32,000 nt of DNA from Erysipelotrichaceae bacterium (GTDB lineage Bacteria; Bacillota_I; Bacilli_A; Erysipelotrichales; Erysipelotrichaceae): positions 1 to 32,000 of the forward strand of contig OY760660.1 of NCBI GenBank assembly GCA_963663995.1. The letters are read 5' to 3'. The notes beneath the pieces are model-generated. The model worked only from the letters and a program-made list of their open reading frames with translations. It had not been told where the DNA came from and did not search any database. This document shows positions 7,346 through 19,579 of the stretch, one piece after another (positions within the stretch are counted from its first letter, which is position 1; each line of letters begins with the position of its first letter). The translations under genes were made by a program, and so were the position numbers.

Positions 7346-8518
7346 GTGAAAAAGAATCAATTCTCTTTAAGACTTCCTAAAGGAAGAGATATATGGATAC
7401 ATTCTAGTATGATCTTGCTTGCATTAGCAGGTATTTTAATGTCTGTTTCGGCATCGATGTCTACTAATGTTGTCTATTTTGAATTAATGAAACAAGGGGC
7501 TAAACAATTCTTTTATGTGTTTATTGGTTATCTTGGATATTTCGTTTTAGCTAAATATATCGATCTTAAAAAACTTAAGAATTGGATTCTTCCAATTATG
7601 ATAGGTACAATCGTTCTTTTGATCATTCCATTGTTTGGAACTGCACGAAATGGAGCTTTAGCTTGGATTGATTTACCTGGTGGAGCAACCATTCAACCAT
7701 CAGAGTTTACAAAACTTGTGATCATTGCAGTGAATGTAGTTTATTTAGGAGATTTAAAAACGCGTAAAAAAGAATTTTTTGACATCATTCAAATGCCACT
7801 GATGTTTTTACTCACTTCACTATTTATTGTTGTTTTCTTACAAAAGGATTTAGGAAGTGGGGTAGTCATTGCGATTGTGGGCTTTGGAACCTTTCTATTA
7901 GCAGGGCATAAAAAACTTAGAAAATCACAACGATATCTTATTATCTTAATCTTTATAGCTGTATTAGCTATTCCAATGCTTCTGACTGAAGCAGGTTTAA
8001 ATTGGATTGAGTCAAATGGTATTCTACAAGGATACATGCTTAATCGTTTTAAAGTAGCAGTAAATCCTTTTATTGATGTCTATGGCTCTGGATATCAATT
8101 GATCAATGGTTTAGTAGCGATGGTTCGTGGTGGATGGTTTGGCGTAGGCTTTGGGAATGGACTACAAAAATATGGTTATTTACCAGCCGCTAAAACAGAT
8201 TATATTTTAGCGGTTGTTGGTGAAGAGATGGGTTATTTTGGAATTCTATCGATATTTGGGATGTATTTTGTCATTTTCTATCGCTTACTTAAACATAGCT
8301 TTAATACTTCTAATGAAAAAAACCAAATGATTATTTTTGGCGTACTACTATATTTAATGATGCATTTTATCTTAAATGTTGGTGGTGTAACGGGTTTAAT
8401 TCCGTTAACAGGGGTACCGTTATTACTATTATCAGCAGGTGGATCTAGTACGATTTCTATGATGATGGCATTAGGGATGGCTCAATATGCGATAGTAGAA
8501 GAAAGTAAGAAGTTTTGA
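7346..8518 (+). CDS. SEDS-family peptidoglycan polymerase (FtsW/RodA/SpoVE family)
   Basis: Ten-TM protein with ...DIWIHSSMILLALAGILMSVSAS..., ...IQPSEFTKL..., ...GSGYQL.NGL.A...GG.FG.G.G... and ...TDYILAVVGEE.G... motifs. Stop TGA 8516-8518. The track start TTG 7265 lies inside the putative IS end, so I prefer GTG 7346 (alternative ATG 7409). Confidence 0.88.
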   Translation: MKKNQFSLRLPKGRDIWIHSSMILLALAGILMSVSASMSTNVVYFELMKQGAKQFFYVFIGYLGYFVLAKYIDLKKLKNWILPIMIGTIVLLIIPLFGTARNGALAWIDLPGGATIQPSEFTKLVIIAVNVVYLGDLKTRKKEFFDIIQMPLMFLLTSLFIVVFLQKDLGSGVVIAIVGFGTFLLAGHKKLRKSQRYLIILIFIAVLAIPMLLTEAGLNWIESNGILQGYMLNRFKVAVNPFIDVYGSGYQLINGLVAMVRGGWFGVGFGNGLQKYGYLPAAKTDYILAVVGEEMGYFGILSIFGMYFVIFYRLLKHSFNTSNEKNQMIIFGVLLYLMMHFILNVGGVTGLIPLTGVPLLLLSAGGSSTISMMMALGMAQYAIVEESKKF

Positions 8519-8519
8519 T

Positions 8520-9065
8520 ATGAGAATCATTGCCGGAACACGTAAATCACGTCGTTTAAAAACACTGGATAATCAAAATACTCGACCAACTTTAGATAAA
8601 GTAAAAGAGGCTTGTTTTTCTTCTATTTCTAATAAAATTGAATCTGCGAGATTTTTAGATTTGTTTTCTGGGAGTGGAAATATCGGTTGTGAAGCATTAT
8701 CGCGAGGAGCTGATTACTGTGATTTTGTTGATGGGTCTCAAGCTGCGATTAGAGTCATCAAAGAAAATGTAAATGATTTAGATTTTGCTAAGAATAGTTC
8801 TATTTATCATATGGATGCTTTTCAAGCTTGTCGATATTTTAAAAATAAAGGATTTAAGTATGATGTGATTTACTGTGATCCACCTTATAATAAGATTAAG
8901 ATTGATAAACTTTTAAAAGCACTCATTCCAATCTGTAAAGATGATACTTTAATAATTGTTGAAGAAAATCAAGAGATAAGTGAAGTTGATGAGAACTATT
9001 CCATCGAAAAATCAGTTCGCTATGGAACGGTCGTTCTAAATTATATAAGGAGAGTAATTGTATGA
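8520..9065 (+). CDS. rsmD: 16S rRNA (guanine966-N2)-methyltransferase RsmD
   Basis: MRIIAG..K.R.L......TRPT.DKVKEA.F, SAM motif DLFSGSGNIG, DPPY motif. Confidence 0.88.
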   Translation: MRIIAGTRKSRRLKTLDNQNTRPTLDKVKEACFSSISNKIESARFLDLFSGSGNIGCEALSRGADYCDFVDGSQAAIRVIKENVNDLDFAKNSSIYHMDAFQACRYFKNKGFKYDVIYCDPPYNKIKIDKLLKALIPICKDDTLIIVEENQEISEVDENYSIEKSVRYGTVVLNYIRRVIV

Positions 9066-9547
9066 AAAAAGCGTTATATCCAGGTAGTTTTGATCCTGTC
9101 ACTTTTGGACATTTAGATGTTATTGAAAGAGCCAGTAAATTAGCAGATGAATTAGAAGTGGTTATTATGCATAATCCGACTAAGTCTGCCGCTTTCTTTA
9201 CGGTTGAAGAAAGAATTAAAATGTTAGAAGTATGTACAAAGAAATTTAAGAATGTTAAAGTTTCTGCTGCTGAAGGTTTAACCGTAGAATATGCTCGTAA
9301 AATTGGAGCAGCTGCTCTGATTCGTGGAATAAGAGCGGTTATGGATTATGAATATGAACTTCAACAAGCAACAGCTAATCAAGTGTTAGCACCGGATATT
9401 GAAACGGTTTTCTTACTCACAACTCCAAAATATTCATTTCTTTCATCATCGGTTGTTAAGTCCATAGCAGTCAATGATGGGGATTTATCTCGCTTTGTAC
9501 CTAACGAAGTAGAAGCAATGATCAAAGAGAAATACAAGGCGCAATAG
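9062..9547 (+). CDS. coaD: Phosphopantetheine adenylyltransferase
   Basis: YPGSFDPVTFGHLDVIERA N-terminus, ~160 aa. 4-nt overlap with rsmD. Confidence 0.93.
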   Translation: MKKALYPGSFDPVTFGHLDVIERASKLADELEVVIMHNPTKSAAFFTVEERIKMLEVCTKKFKNVKVSAAEGLTVEYARKIGAAALIRGIRAVMDYEYELQQATANQVLAPDIETVFLLTTPKYSFLSSSVVKSIAVNDGDLSRFVPNEVEAMIKEKYKAQ

Positions 9548-9560
9548 GCGTCTTTTTTTT
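9537..9560 (+). terminator. coaD terminator
   Basis: AGGCGC (9537-9542) / GCGTCT (9548-9553, one G-U pair), loop AATAG containing the stop codon, followed by a T7 run. Confidence 0.7.
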
Positions 9561-9575
9561 GTACTTTATAATAAT

Positions 9576-9602
9576 TTAGCACTGAGTGGTTGACAGTGCT
9601 AA
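9576..9602. promoter_or_regulatory. CIRCE operator 1 (HrcA binding site), TTAGCACTG-N9-CAGTGCTAA
   Basis: Perfect 9-bp inverted repeat with a 9-nt spacer. Matches the CIRCE consensus TTAGCACTC-N9-GAGTGCTAA except for a compensated change at the innermost position. Confidence 0.9.
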
Positions 9603-9617
9603 ATGGTATGCTATACT
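9590..9617 (+). promoter_or_regulatory. SigmaA-type promoter of the hrcA operon
   Basis: -35 TTGACA (9590-9595, inside CIRCE 1), 16-nt spacer, TG-extended -10 TGcTATACT (9609-9617). Confidence 0.75.
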
Positions 9618-9618
9618 T

Positions 9619-9645
9619 GTAGCAGACGTGTTTAGTGAGTGCTAG
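9619..9645. promoter_or_regulatory. CIRCE operator 2 (degenerate), GTAGCAGAC-N9-GAGTGCTAG
   Basis: Left arm 6/9 and right arm 8/9 to consensus, correct 9-nt spacing. Lies immediately downstream of the -10, over the expected transcription start, and overlaps the hrcA SD. Confidence 0.6.
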
Positions 9646-9658
9646 GAGGTGCGTGAAT

Positions 9659-10673
9659 ATGTTAAGTGAACGTCAAGTTGCAATCTTAAAAGCAATCGTA
9701 GAATCTTTCATTTCAAATGCCGAACCAGTTGGTTCAAAAAGCTTAGTTGAAAAGTTTAACTTACCTTATTCATCAGCGCTAGTTAGAAGCGAAATGGTCG
9801 CCATTGAAGAGGCGGGTTATATTGAAAAAACCCATACTTCAAGTGGACGTGTACCATCCGCACAAGGCTATCGTTATTATGTTGAAAACCTGATGGAAGA
9901 AAAACATGATAATAAGTTAGAACTCGTTTTAAATACGGTATTTAATGATCGTGAGATAAAAATAGAAGAAGTGATACGTCGTTCCTGTGATATCTTATCG
10001 CAAATGACTAATCTTACCTCAATGGTTTTAGGACCTGAGGGAGATTCTCAAACACTTCAACACATTAATTTATTTCCTTTAGATCATAACCAAGCAGTCG
10101 CAGTCTTTATTACCAATACTGGGCATTCAGAAAATAAATTATTTACCTTTGATGAAGAAATTTCAGTTGAAGAATTGAATAATTGTTGTAGCATTCTCAA
10201 TGATCGTTTAATCGGCGTTAAACTCAATGAGATTCCAGATGTCTTGCCACTTATCAAACCGATATTGGCACAATCTGTTCAGCAATATGAACAAGTCTTC
10301 CAAGCTTTCTTCAATGCTTTCCTTAAATTTGCAAATCAAAATTTCTATTTAAGTGGGGCAAATAATTTGTTTGATCAACCTGAATTTACCGATGTTTCTA
10401 AATTAAAAGAGTTGATGTCGATGCTTGAAAATTCAAGTGTATGGAAAGATTTTGGAGCAGATCAACATGCTTTGAAACTTACCCATAGTGATCATGCTTC
10501 AGTTGTTTGGAAAGATGATATGGCTGTGGTCACCTCTAACTTTAGATTAAATGAAGAAGAGAGTGGTCAATTGATGATCGTTGGACCAAATCGCATGGAA
10601 TATGATCGAATTGTCTCCTTGATGGAGTTTATGAGTCGAGCGATAGAGAAAATCTATGGAAAAGGAGAGAGTG

Positions 10674-10681
<8 letters not shown>
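9659..10681 (+). CDS. hrcA: Heat-inducible transcription repressor HrcA
   Basis: MLSERQ..ILKAIVE.F....EPVGSK.L and ...SSGRVPS..GYRYYV motifs. AGGAGG 9644-9649, ATG 9659; the track's GTG 9635 extension is rejected. Confidence 0.93.
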
Positions 10682-13080
<2,399 letters not shown>

Positions 13081-13089
13081 GATTTACTT

Positions 13090-13114
13090 AAACCTAGGCG
13101 ATAAACCTAGGTTT
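13090..13114 (+). terminator. Intra-operon hairpin between dnaK and dnaJ (weak/partial terminator)
   Basis: AAACCTAGG (13090-13098) / CCTAGGTTT (13106-13114), 7-nt loop, with only a short T tract. Confidence 0.45.
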
Positions 13115-13139
13115 AGGTCTTGATAGACGGAGGCCCTTT

Positions 13140-14267
13140 ATGGCGAACAAAAGAGATTATTATGAAGTATTGGGCATCCAAAAAGATGCCTCAGAGGCGG
13201 ATATTAAAAAAGCTTACCGTTCTCTCGCAAAAAAGTTTCATCCAGATATTAATAAAGAAAAAGGCGCAGACGTAAAATTTAAAGAGGTACAAGAGGCCTA
13301 TGAAGTTTTAAGTGATGCGACTAAACGTGCCAGTTATGATCGCTTTGGACATGCCGGTATGGATGGTGCAAATGGTTTTGGTGGAGCTGATGGTTTTAAT
13401 GGCCAAGGTTTTGATGATTTAAATGACATTTTTGGATCCTTCTTTGGAGGTGGATTTGGTGGTTCATCCCGTCAAAGTGCGCGTAGTACATCACCGCGTA
13501 AAGGTGAAGATCGTTTGATGCGTATGCAAGTGGAATTCATGGATGCTGTTTTTGGCAAAATGGAAACCATTAGTATAGATGTTGATGAACAATGTAATGA
13601 ATGTATGGGTTCTGGTGCTGCTACAAAAAGCGATATTTCTTCTTGTCCTACTTGTCATGGTCAAGGTCAAGTCTTAACCCAACAAAGAACACCTTTTGGT
13701 GTTTTCCAATCACAAAGTATCTGTCCAGATTGTAATGGGACAGGTAAAAGAATTAAAAATAAATGTAAAGTTTGCCATGGCTCTGGCTATGAACATAAAC
13801 ATGTTTCAGTCGATATTAAAATTCCTGCTGGTATTCAATCTGGCCAACAATTACGTGTTCCTGGTAAAGGCGAGAAAGGTTCAAATGGGGGTCCCAATGG
13901 TGACCTATACATTGAACTCAATGTAAGACGTCATAAATTCTTTGAACGTAAAGGAAGTAATATCTATATCTCTATCCCAATTAGCGCAATTGATGCGACA
14001 ATGGGATGCAAAATTGATATCCCAACCGTTAGTGGTGATGTCGAGTTATCGATTCCTTCAGGTACCCAAAGTGGAACACAATTTAGATTAAAAGGTAAAG
14101 GAGTTAAAGAACTTAACTCTAATAATAGTGGCGATCAATACGTAGAGGTTAAAGTCGAAGTGAGTGATAAACTTTCTCGAGAAGAAAAAGATCTCTATAA
14201 GAAACTCAAAGATCTTCAAGGAAAGAATTCTAGCTATGATCGTTTCATGAAAGATTTTAAACGATAA
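13140..14267 (+). CDS. dnaJ: Co-chaperone DnaJ (type I)
   Basis: J domain with HPD, G/F-rich region, four CxxCxGxG motifs ([32 protein letters not shown]). GGAGG SD. Confidence 0.96.
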   Translation: MANKRDYYEVLGIQKDASEADIKKAYRSLAKKFHPDINKEKGADVKFKEVQEAYEVLSDATKRASYDRFGHAGMDGANGFGGADGFNGQGFDDLNDIFGSFFGGGFGGSSRQSARSTSPRKGEDRLMRMQVEFMDAVFGKMETISIDVDEQCNECMGSGAATKSDISSCPTCHGQGQVLTQQRTPFGVFQSQSICPDCNGTGKRIKNKCKVCHGSGYEHKHVSVDIKIPAGIQSGQQLRVPGKGEKGSNGGPNGDLYIELNVRRHKFFERKGSNIYISIPISAIDATMGCKIDIPTVSGDVELSIPSGTQSGTQFRLKGKGVKELNSNNSGDQYVEVKVEVSDKLSREEKDLYKKLKDLQGKNSSYDRFMKDFKR

Positions 14268-14294
14268 AAAAAACATATAGGAGGTTTTATCCCT

Positions 14295-16865
14295 ATGAGT
14301 ATGAACCAATTTACCCAAAAACTACAAGAAATCTTGTCAGTTGCAGTTCAAAACTCGTTTGCGGCTAATCATCCTGAAGTATCCTGTGCTCAAGTGATTC
14401 AAGCCATGCGTCAAGATGGTCTTTTAGACAGCGTTCTAATTAGACTTGAAGTCGATGCTAATCAATTTGATCGACTCGTTTTAGAAGCACTCGATAAACA
14501 AGCTGTAAGCGAAAATATTGATAGTCAGCCGGCTATCTCAAAAGAATTAAATGATAGTTTCTTCAAAGCTCTCGCACAAATGAAGAAAGAGAATGAAACG
14601 CTTTTAAGTGCGCTCTCTTTATTTAAAGCGATCTTGTCAAATAACAGTGCTTTGTCTAATCAAATATTGAAGACATTTAAACTTGATAAAAACAAAATAA
14701 ATACAGCAATTAATTCAGCTTTTCAAGGTCAAAAAGTAACGCGAGCTGATCAAGAAAATCAATTAGAAGCCCTCAGTAAATACGGAAGAAATCTGGTTGA
14801 TGATGTTCGAGCTGGAAAGATTGATCCCATCATTGGTCGAGATGATGAAATTCGACGTGTGATTGAAATACTCTCCCGTAAAACCAAGAATAACCCTGTT
14901 TTGATCGGTCCTCCTGGGGTTGGTAAAACAGCCGTTGTTGAAGGTCTAGCTTGGCGTATTCACAAAGGCGATGTTCCATTTGGCTTAAAAGAAAAAGAAC
15001 TGATTGAACTTGATATGGGGGCGTTGATTGCCGGTGCGAAATATCGTGGTGAATTTGAAGAGCGTTTAAAAGCTGTTTTAAATGAAGTGAAATCAAAAGA
15101 AGGACAAGTCATCCTCTTTATTGATGAACTTCATAATCTAGTGGGTGCTGGGAAAACAGAAGGGGCTATGGATGCGGCTAATCTTTTAAAGCCGATGTTA
15201 GCTCGTGGTGAACTCAGATGTATAGGTGCAACCACACTTAATGAATATAAAAAGTATATTGAAAAAGATGCAGCCCTAGAAAGACGCTTTCAACGAATCC
15301 TAGTTGATGAACCAAGTGTTGAAGATACAATTTCTATTCTTCGTGGGATAAAAGAGCGTTATGAAGCCCACCATGGTGTCCGTATTTTAGACGAAGCGAT
15401 TATTGCGGCGGCTACTCTGTCCAATCGTTATATTACTGATCGTTTTCTTCCTGATAAAGCAATTGATTTGATTGATGAAGCCTGTGCGACGATTCGTGTC
15501 GAAATGGATTCTATGCCTCAAGAACTTGATGATTTAAATCGAAAAATTCTACAACTTGAAATTGAAGAAACAGCTCTTAAAAAAGAAAGTGATCAAAGAA
15601 CTTTAGATCGTCTTGAAGAACTTCGTAAAGATTTAGCGAATTTCAAAGAAGAAAGAGAAGTCTTGAATCTAAAGTGGCAAGAAGAAAAGAAAGCTTTAGA
15701 TTTAGTCAAAGAAGATAAAGAAAAACTCGAGCGAGCTAAATTAGATTTAGAAGAAGCGACTAATAATGCTCATTATGAAGAGGCAGCTCGTCTTCAATAT
15801 GAAACCATCCCAAATTTAGAAGCTAAAATTAAAGCGTCATCTGATAAAGATCAAAGCGAAGCCATGATTCAAGAAATTGTTGATGAAGAATTAGTGGCGA
15901 AGATTGTTTCTAGATGGACCCACATTGATGTTAATAAACTGATGTCTACGCAAAGAGAAAAACTCTTAAATCTAGGTAAAGTTTTAAAACAAAGAGTGAT
16001 TGGGCAAGATGAAGCGATAAATCTTGTTTCACATGCCATTATCCGCTCAAAAGCACATATTCAGGATGAACATCGTCCAATCGGTTCTTTCTTATTCTTA
16101 GGACCTACAGGGGTTGGTAAAACTGAAGTCGCAAAAGCTTTAGCTGAACAACTCTTTGATGATGAAAAGAAAATTGTTCGTATCGATATGTCAGAATACA
16201 TGGAGAAACACTCAGTCTCACGCTTAATTGGTGCGCCTCCAGGATATGTCGGCTATGAAGAAGGTGGACAATTAACAGAGTCTATAAGACGTAAACCTTA
16301 TTCGATTGTATTATTAGATGAAATTGAAAAAGCTCATCCAGATGTCTTTAATATTCTTCTTCAAATACTTGAAGATGGACGGATTACGGATAATCAAGGG
16401 CTGACAGTTGATTTCACGAATACAATCGTCATTATGACTTCTAACTTAGCGTCACAATACGCATTTGAAAATGATCCAATTCGTAAACAACAACTTTATG
16501 ATGCTGAAGTGAGAAGAACGTTTAAACCAGAATTGATTAATCGTATTGATGAAATTATTGTATTCAATGCCTTGGATCAACATGTCCTTTCACAAATTGC
16601 TGATAAGTTCATCAATGATTTACGTAAACGACTTCAAAACCAACATTATGATCTTGAAGTAACTCAAAGTGCTAAGAAAGAAATTTTAGAGGAAGGTTCT
16701 GATCCTACCTATGGAGCTAGACCAATGAAACGTCATATTCAAAGAGCAATTGAAACAAAGATTGCGACATATATTCTGGCCGAAAGCCCAAATGAAGAAT
16801 CAAGTTTAATTGTTGATTTTGAAGATGGGGATTATGTTGTTAAGGTTAAGAATCGTATGAACTAG
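14295..16865 (+). CDS. clpB: ATP-dependent disaggregase ClpB
   Basis: Two AAA modules ([16 protein letters not shown]) and a long coiled-coil middle domain between NBD1 and NBD2. AGGAGG SD. Starts 27 nt after dnaJ with no terminator between. Confidence 0.95.
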   Translation: MSMNQFTQKLQEILSVAVQNSFAANHPEVSCAQVIQAMRQDGLLDSVLIRLEVDANQFDRLVLEALDKQAVSENIDSQPAISKELNDSFFKALAQMKKENETLLSALSLFKAILSNNSALSNQILKTFKLDKNKINTAINSAFQGQKVTRADQENQLEALSKYGRNLVDDVRAGKIDPIIGRDDEIRRVIEILSRKTKNNPVLIGPPGVGKTAVVEGLAWRIHKGDVPFGLKEKELIELDMGALIAGAKYRGEFEERLKAVLNEVKSKEGQVILFIDELHNLVGAGKTEGAMDAANLLKPMLARGELRCIGATTLNEYKKYIEKDAALERRFQRILVDEPSVEDTISILRGIKERYEAHHGVRILDEAIIAAATLSNRYITDRFLPDKAIDLIDEACATIRVEMDSMPQELDDLNRKILQLEIEETALKKESDQRTLDRLEELRKDLANFKEEREVLNLKWQEEKKALDLVKEDKEKLERAKLDLEEATNNAHYEEAARLQYETIPNLEAKIKASSDKDQSEAMIQEIVDEELVAKIVSRWTHIDVNKLMSTQREKLLNLGKVLKQRVIGQDEAINLVSHAIIRSKAHIQDEHRPIGSFLFLGPTGVGKTEVAKALAEQLFDDEKKIVRIDMSEYMEKHSVSRLIGAPPGYVGYEEGGQLTESIRRKPYSIVLLDEIEKAHPDVFNILLQILEDGRITDNQGLTVDFTNTIVIMTSNLASQYAFENDPIRKQQLYDAEVRRTFKPELINRIDEIIVFNALDQHVLSQIADKFINDLRKRLQNQHYDLEVTQSAKKEILEEGSDPTYGARPMKRHIQRAIETKIATYILAESPNEESSLIVDFEDGDYVVKVKNRMN

Positions 16866-16891
16866 CACAAAGCTTAGGCTTTGTGCTTTTT
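16864..16891 (+). terminator. clpB / heat-shock operon terminator
   Basis: Perfect 10-bp stem AGCACAAAGC / GCTTTGTGCT, loop TTAG, T4 tail. Confidence 0.85.
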
Positions 16892-16923
16892 AGTGCTAAG
16901 ATAGATTTAAGGAATTTAACATT

Positions 16924-17604
16924 ATGGAACAATTTTTAAATTTTAATTTCACCTATTTTTTCAGCATCTTTTTTCGTATCGCATTGTCAGCTGTTTTTGG
17001 GGCAGTGATTGGTGCAGAACGAGTTAAAAAGAAAAGACCAGCAGGCATCAAAACGCATGCTTTTGTAGCGATGGGGGCAACGCTTGTAATGTTGACAGGA
17101 GAGTTTCTCGTGATAGAAGGTGGTTATAATACTGATGTCTCTCGTTTAGCAGCACAGGTTATTAGTGGTGTTGGTTTTTTAGGGGCTGGTACGATTATGG
17201 TAACAGGTCGCTCACAAATTAAGGGTTTAACGACGGCGGCTGGGTTATGGTTTTCAGCGGCTTTAGGGATTGCGATTGGTGCTGGATTTTATAGTGCTGC
17301 TTTAATTTCTATTTTTATGGTCTATATGATTACTCATGTATTCGCAAGGTATGATAACTATCTTCACCATACTTCACTTATCATGGATCTTTATGTAGAA
17401 TTTAATGATGAAACATCGGTTGGGACAATCTTAAAGAGTTTAAGATCTAAAGGAATCACAATTAGTGAGATTGAAATCTTAAATGAAGTCGGTAATCGTC
17501 ATTTAGTTCTTTTAACCATTAAACTTCCAGAAAAGTGGAAACACTTGGATGTCGTTAAGTTAATGGAAGGATTAGATGGAGTTATTCATATTGAAGAAGT
17601 ATAA
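16924..17604 (+). CDS. MgtC/SapB-family membrane protein
   Basis: GAERVKKKRPAGIKTHAFVAMGATLVML signature, four to five TM helices, soluble C-terminal domain. Confidence 0.85.
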   Translation: MEQFLNFNFTYFFSIFFRIALSAVFGAVIGAERVKKKRPAGIKTHAFVAMGATLVMLTGEFLVIEGGYNTDVSRLAAQVISGVGFLGAGTIMVTGRSQIKGLTTAAGLWFSAALGIAIGAGFYSAALISIFMVYMITHVFARYDNYLHHTSLIMDLYVEFNDETSVGTILKSLRSKGITISEIEILNEVGNRHLVLLTIKLPEKWKHLDVVKLMEGLDGVIHIEEV

Positions 17605-17630
17605 ATATAACATTTGTTTTCAGACTAGTA

Positions 17631-17639
17631 TGGTAGACT
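17631..17639 (+). promoter_or_regulatory. Extended -10-like TGgTAGACT, 6 nt upstream of ATG 17646
   Basis: Sequence TATGGTAGACTAAATTTATG. No SD. Confidence 0.4.
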
Positions 17640-17645
17640 AAATTT

Positions 17646-18704
17646 ATGAAAAAACTTAGCCAAAGTCTTTGGTTTAATGTCTTGGTAATCGTATCACTGA
17701 CCGCCTTTGGTTTAGTGATTGCCTTATATGATTCATATGAAATCGCCTTAAAAACATTGATGAGCATCAGTTTAGGTCGACTCTTTTTAATTATGTTCTA
17801 TGGGATATTACAGTATTTAGTATGGGGCTATATTCTTATGTTGATGGCTCGTCAAATTGATCCTGACTATTCATATAAAAAAGGTGTCACCAATGCCTTT
17901 GTGGGTGGTTTTATGCAAGGGATCACACCAAGTTCTACCGGTGGACAAGTCGTACAAATATCAACTTATAAACGTCATGGTTTAACAACCTTTCAAGGAG
18001 CTGGTTTAATTTGGATGGATTATTTTATGTATTCCATCGCTTTAGTTGTTTTAACACTTATTTTATTTTTAGCACAGTACCAATATTTCCAACATGCGAC
18101 AATCACCTTTGTTTTTGGTTTAGGTGTATTCATTAACTTATTAATTATTCTCGTTTTAGGTTTAATGGTTAAGTATCCACAGTTTGCGAAAAAAACAGGT
18201 GCATGGGTAATTCAAAAAATTACGGATTTACCTTTTATTAAAAATAAAGAAGAATGGATTGAACAATACTACGAATCGATAGAGCACTTCCATGAAGCGA
18301 TGTTTGCGGTTCATGAGTCACATGATATGTTATGGAAACTCTTTGGTTTAAATATAGTGCGATTAAGTTTATTCTTCTCCGCTCCAATCATGATTGCCTA
18401 TATTACAGGCATTGAATTTAGTTTCAATCAAGTTTTTCATTTGATTGCCTTGGCCGGTTTTGTTCATATGGCAAATACCTTTGTACCACTGCCAGGAGCA
18501 TCTGGCGCAACTGAATCTGTTTTTGTTTTATCTTTCTCAACGGTTATTGGCAAAGCAGCTGCCGCATCAACCATGATTTTATGGCGTTTTTCAACCTTTC
18601 ACCTTGTATTATTAATCGGTGGGATAATTTACTTAAGTGATCGTCATCAACATATACTCAAACGTAAAAAGGAGAATCAAGATGAAGAAATTAATTGTGA
18701 TTAG
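17646..18704 (+). CDS. Flippase-like / lysyl-PG-synthase-TM-type membrane protein (UPF0104)
   Basis: About 8 TM helices and a characteristic ...FVPLPGASGATESVF... motif (P.PGG.G..E-like). Confidence 0.65.
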   Translation: MKKLSQSLWFNVLVIVSLTAFGLVIALYDSYEIALKTLMSISLGRLFLIMFYGILQYLVWGYILMLMARQIDPDYSYKKGVTNAFVGGFMQGITPSSTGGQVVQISTYKRHGLTTFQGAGLIWMDYFMYSIALVVLTLILFLAQYQYFQHATITFVFGLGVFINLLIILVLGLMVKYPQFAKKTGAWVIQKITDLPFIKNKEEWIEQYYESIEHFHEAMFAVHESHDMLWKLFGLNIVRLSLFFSAPIMIAYITGIEFSFNQVFHLIALAGFVHMANTFVPLPGASGATESVFVLSFSTVIGKAAAASTMILWRFSTFHLVLLIGGIIYLSDRHQHILKRKKENQDEEINCD

Positions 18705-18924
18705 TATTTTGAGTTTAGTTTTTTTAAGTGGTTGTAATCTACAAGTGATTGATACAACCTGGAAGTATGATCTAGCCTATATCAATGTAGGTGATGAAAC
18801 GATTCGTTGTGAAGTGGATTCATGGAAAGACTATTCAGAATCAGATATGTTGCAAGTGAGATGCACAGATGGACGTTCTTTCTTAGGTCATTCAACCTCA
18901 ATCATTCTACAAAGCGGAGAATAA
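18682..18924 (+). CDS. Small lipoprotein, unknown function (80 aa)
   Basis: AAGGAG 18669-18674 precedes ATG 18682. Signal peptide plus lipobox MKKLIVISILSLVFLSGC. Overlaps the preceding gene by 23 nt. The track start 18637 is rejected. Confidence 0.7.
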   Translation: MKKLIVISILSLVFLSGCNLQVIDTTWKYDLAYINVGDETIRCEVDSWKDYSESDMLQVRCTDGRSFLGHSTSIILQSGE

Positions 18925-18925
18925 A

Positions 18926-19579
18926 ATGAAATTCTTGCCGTTTGAAGAAATCCAAATCCCTGTTTCTGTTAAACGACAAAACCGTAAAAGTGTTCGTTTT
19001 AAATATGAGGGGACGACATGTTATATAAATATTCCATATTTTGTCAGCGATGAACAATTAAAATCTTATTGTATAGAGAAGAAAAAATGGTTGATTAAAA
19101 CTTATCAAACACAAGTCACTTTAAATGAAGTTAATCAAAAAAATATGATTTTAGGACGTGAAGTAAACATAACGTATCATCCTGCAAGTCATCTTGATTA
19201 TTCATTAAATGTAAACCATTTAGATATTTATAAAAGCAATCGTTTAAGTGAAGTATCAGCTTATGCTAAAGTGAAAGACAAAATGGCTTTTGATTTAATA
19301 TTACCGATATTAGCTGAAGAATCAAAACGTATGAATGCGACCATTCGCTCAGTGAATCTAAGAGTCTTAAAAGCAAGTTGGGGACGCTGTAATTCAAAAA
19401 AGGACATCTCTTTATCAACAAAGTTGATTGAGCGTCCAATTGAATTTATTCGTTATGTCTGTATTCATGAATTAGCCCATACTTTTGAAATGAATCATTC
19501 ACAGAAGTTTTGGGCAATTGTTGAAAAATATTGTCCTGATTATAAACAAATACGTAAACAAAGCACTTATACTTTGTGA
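18926..19579 (+). CDS. DUF45/YgjP-like zinc metallopeptidase (M48-related)
   Basis: C-terminal HELAHTFEMNHSQKFW motif. Starts 1 nt after the lipoprotein stop, with SD GCGGAG. Confidence 0.8.
   Translation: MKFLPFEEIQIPVSVKRQNRKSVRFKYEGTTCYINIPYFVSDEQLKSYCIEKKKWLIKTYQTQVTLNEVNQKNMILGREVNITYHPASHLDYSLNVNHLDIYKSNRLSEVSAYAKVKDKMAFDLILPILAEESKRMNATIRSVNLRVLKASWGRCNSKKDISLSTKLIERPIEFIRYVCIHELAHTFEMNHSQKFWAIVEKYCPDYKQIRKQSTYTL

Noticed and set aside
16873-16899. CIRCE-like sequence (TAGTGCTAA right arm) upstream of the MgtC-family gene
   Set aside because: The right arm matches 8/9, but the left arm matches only about 5/9 and has off spacing. It coincides with the clpB terminator stem-loop, so it is most likely fortuitous.
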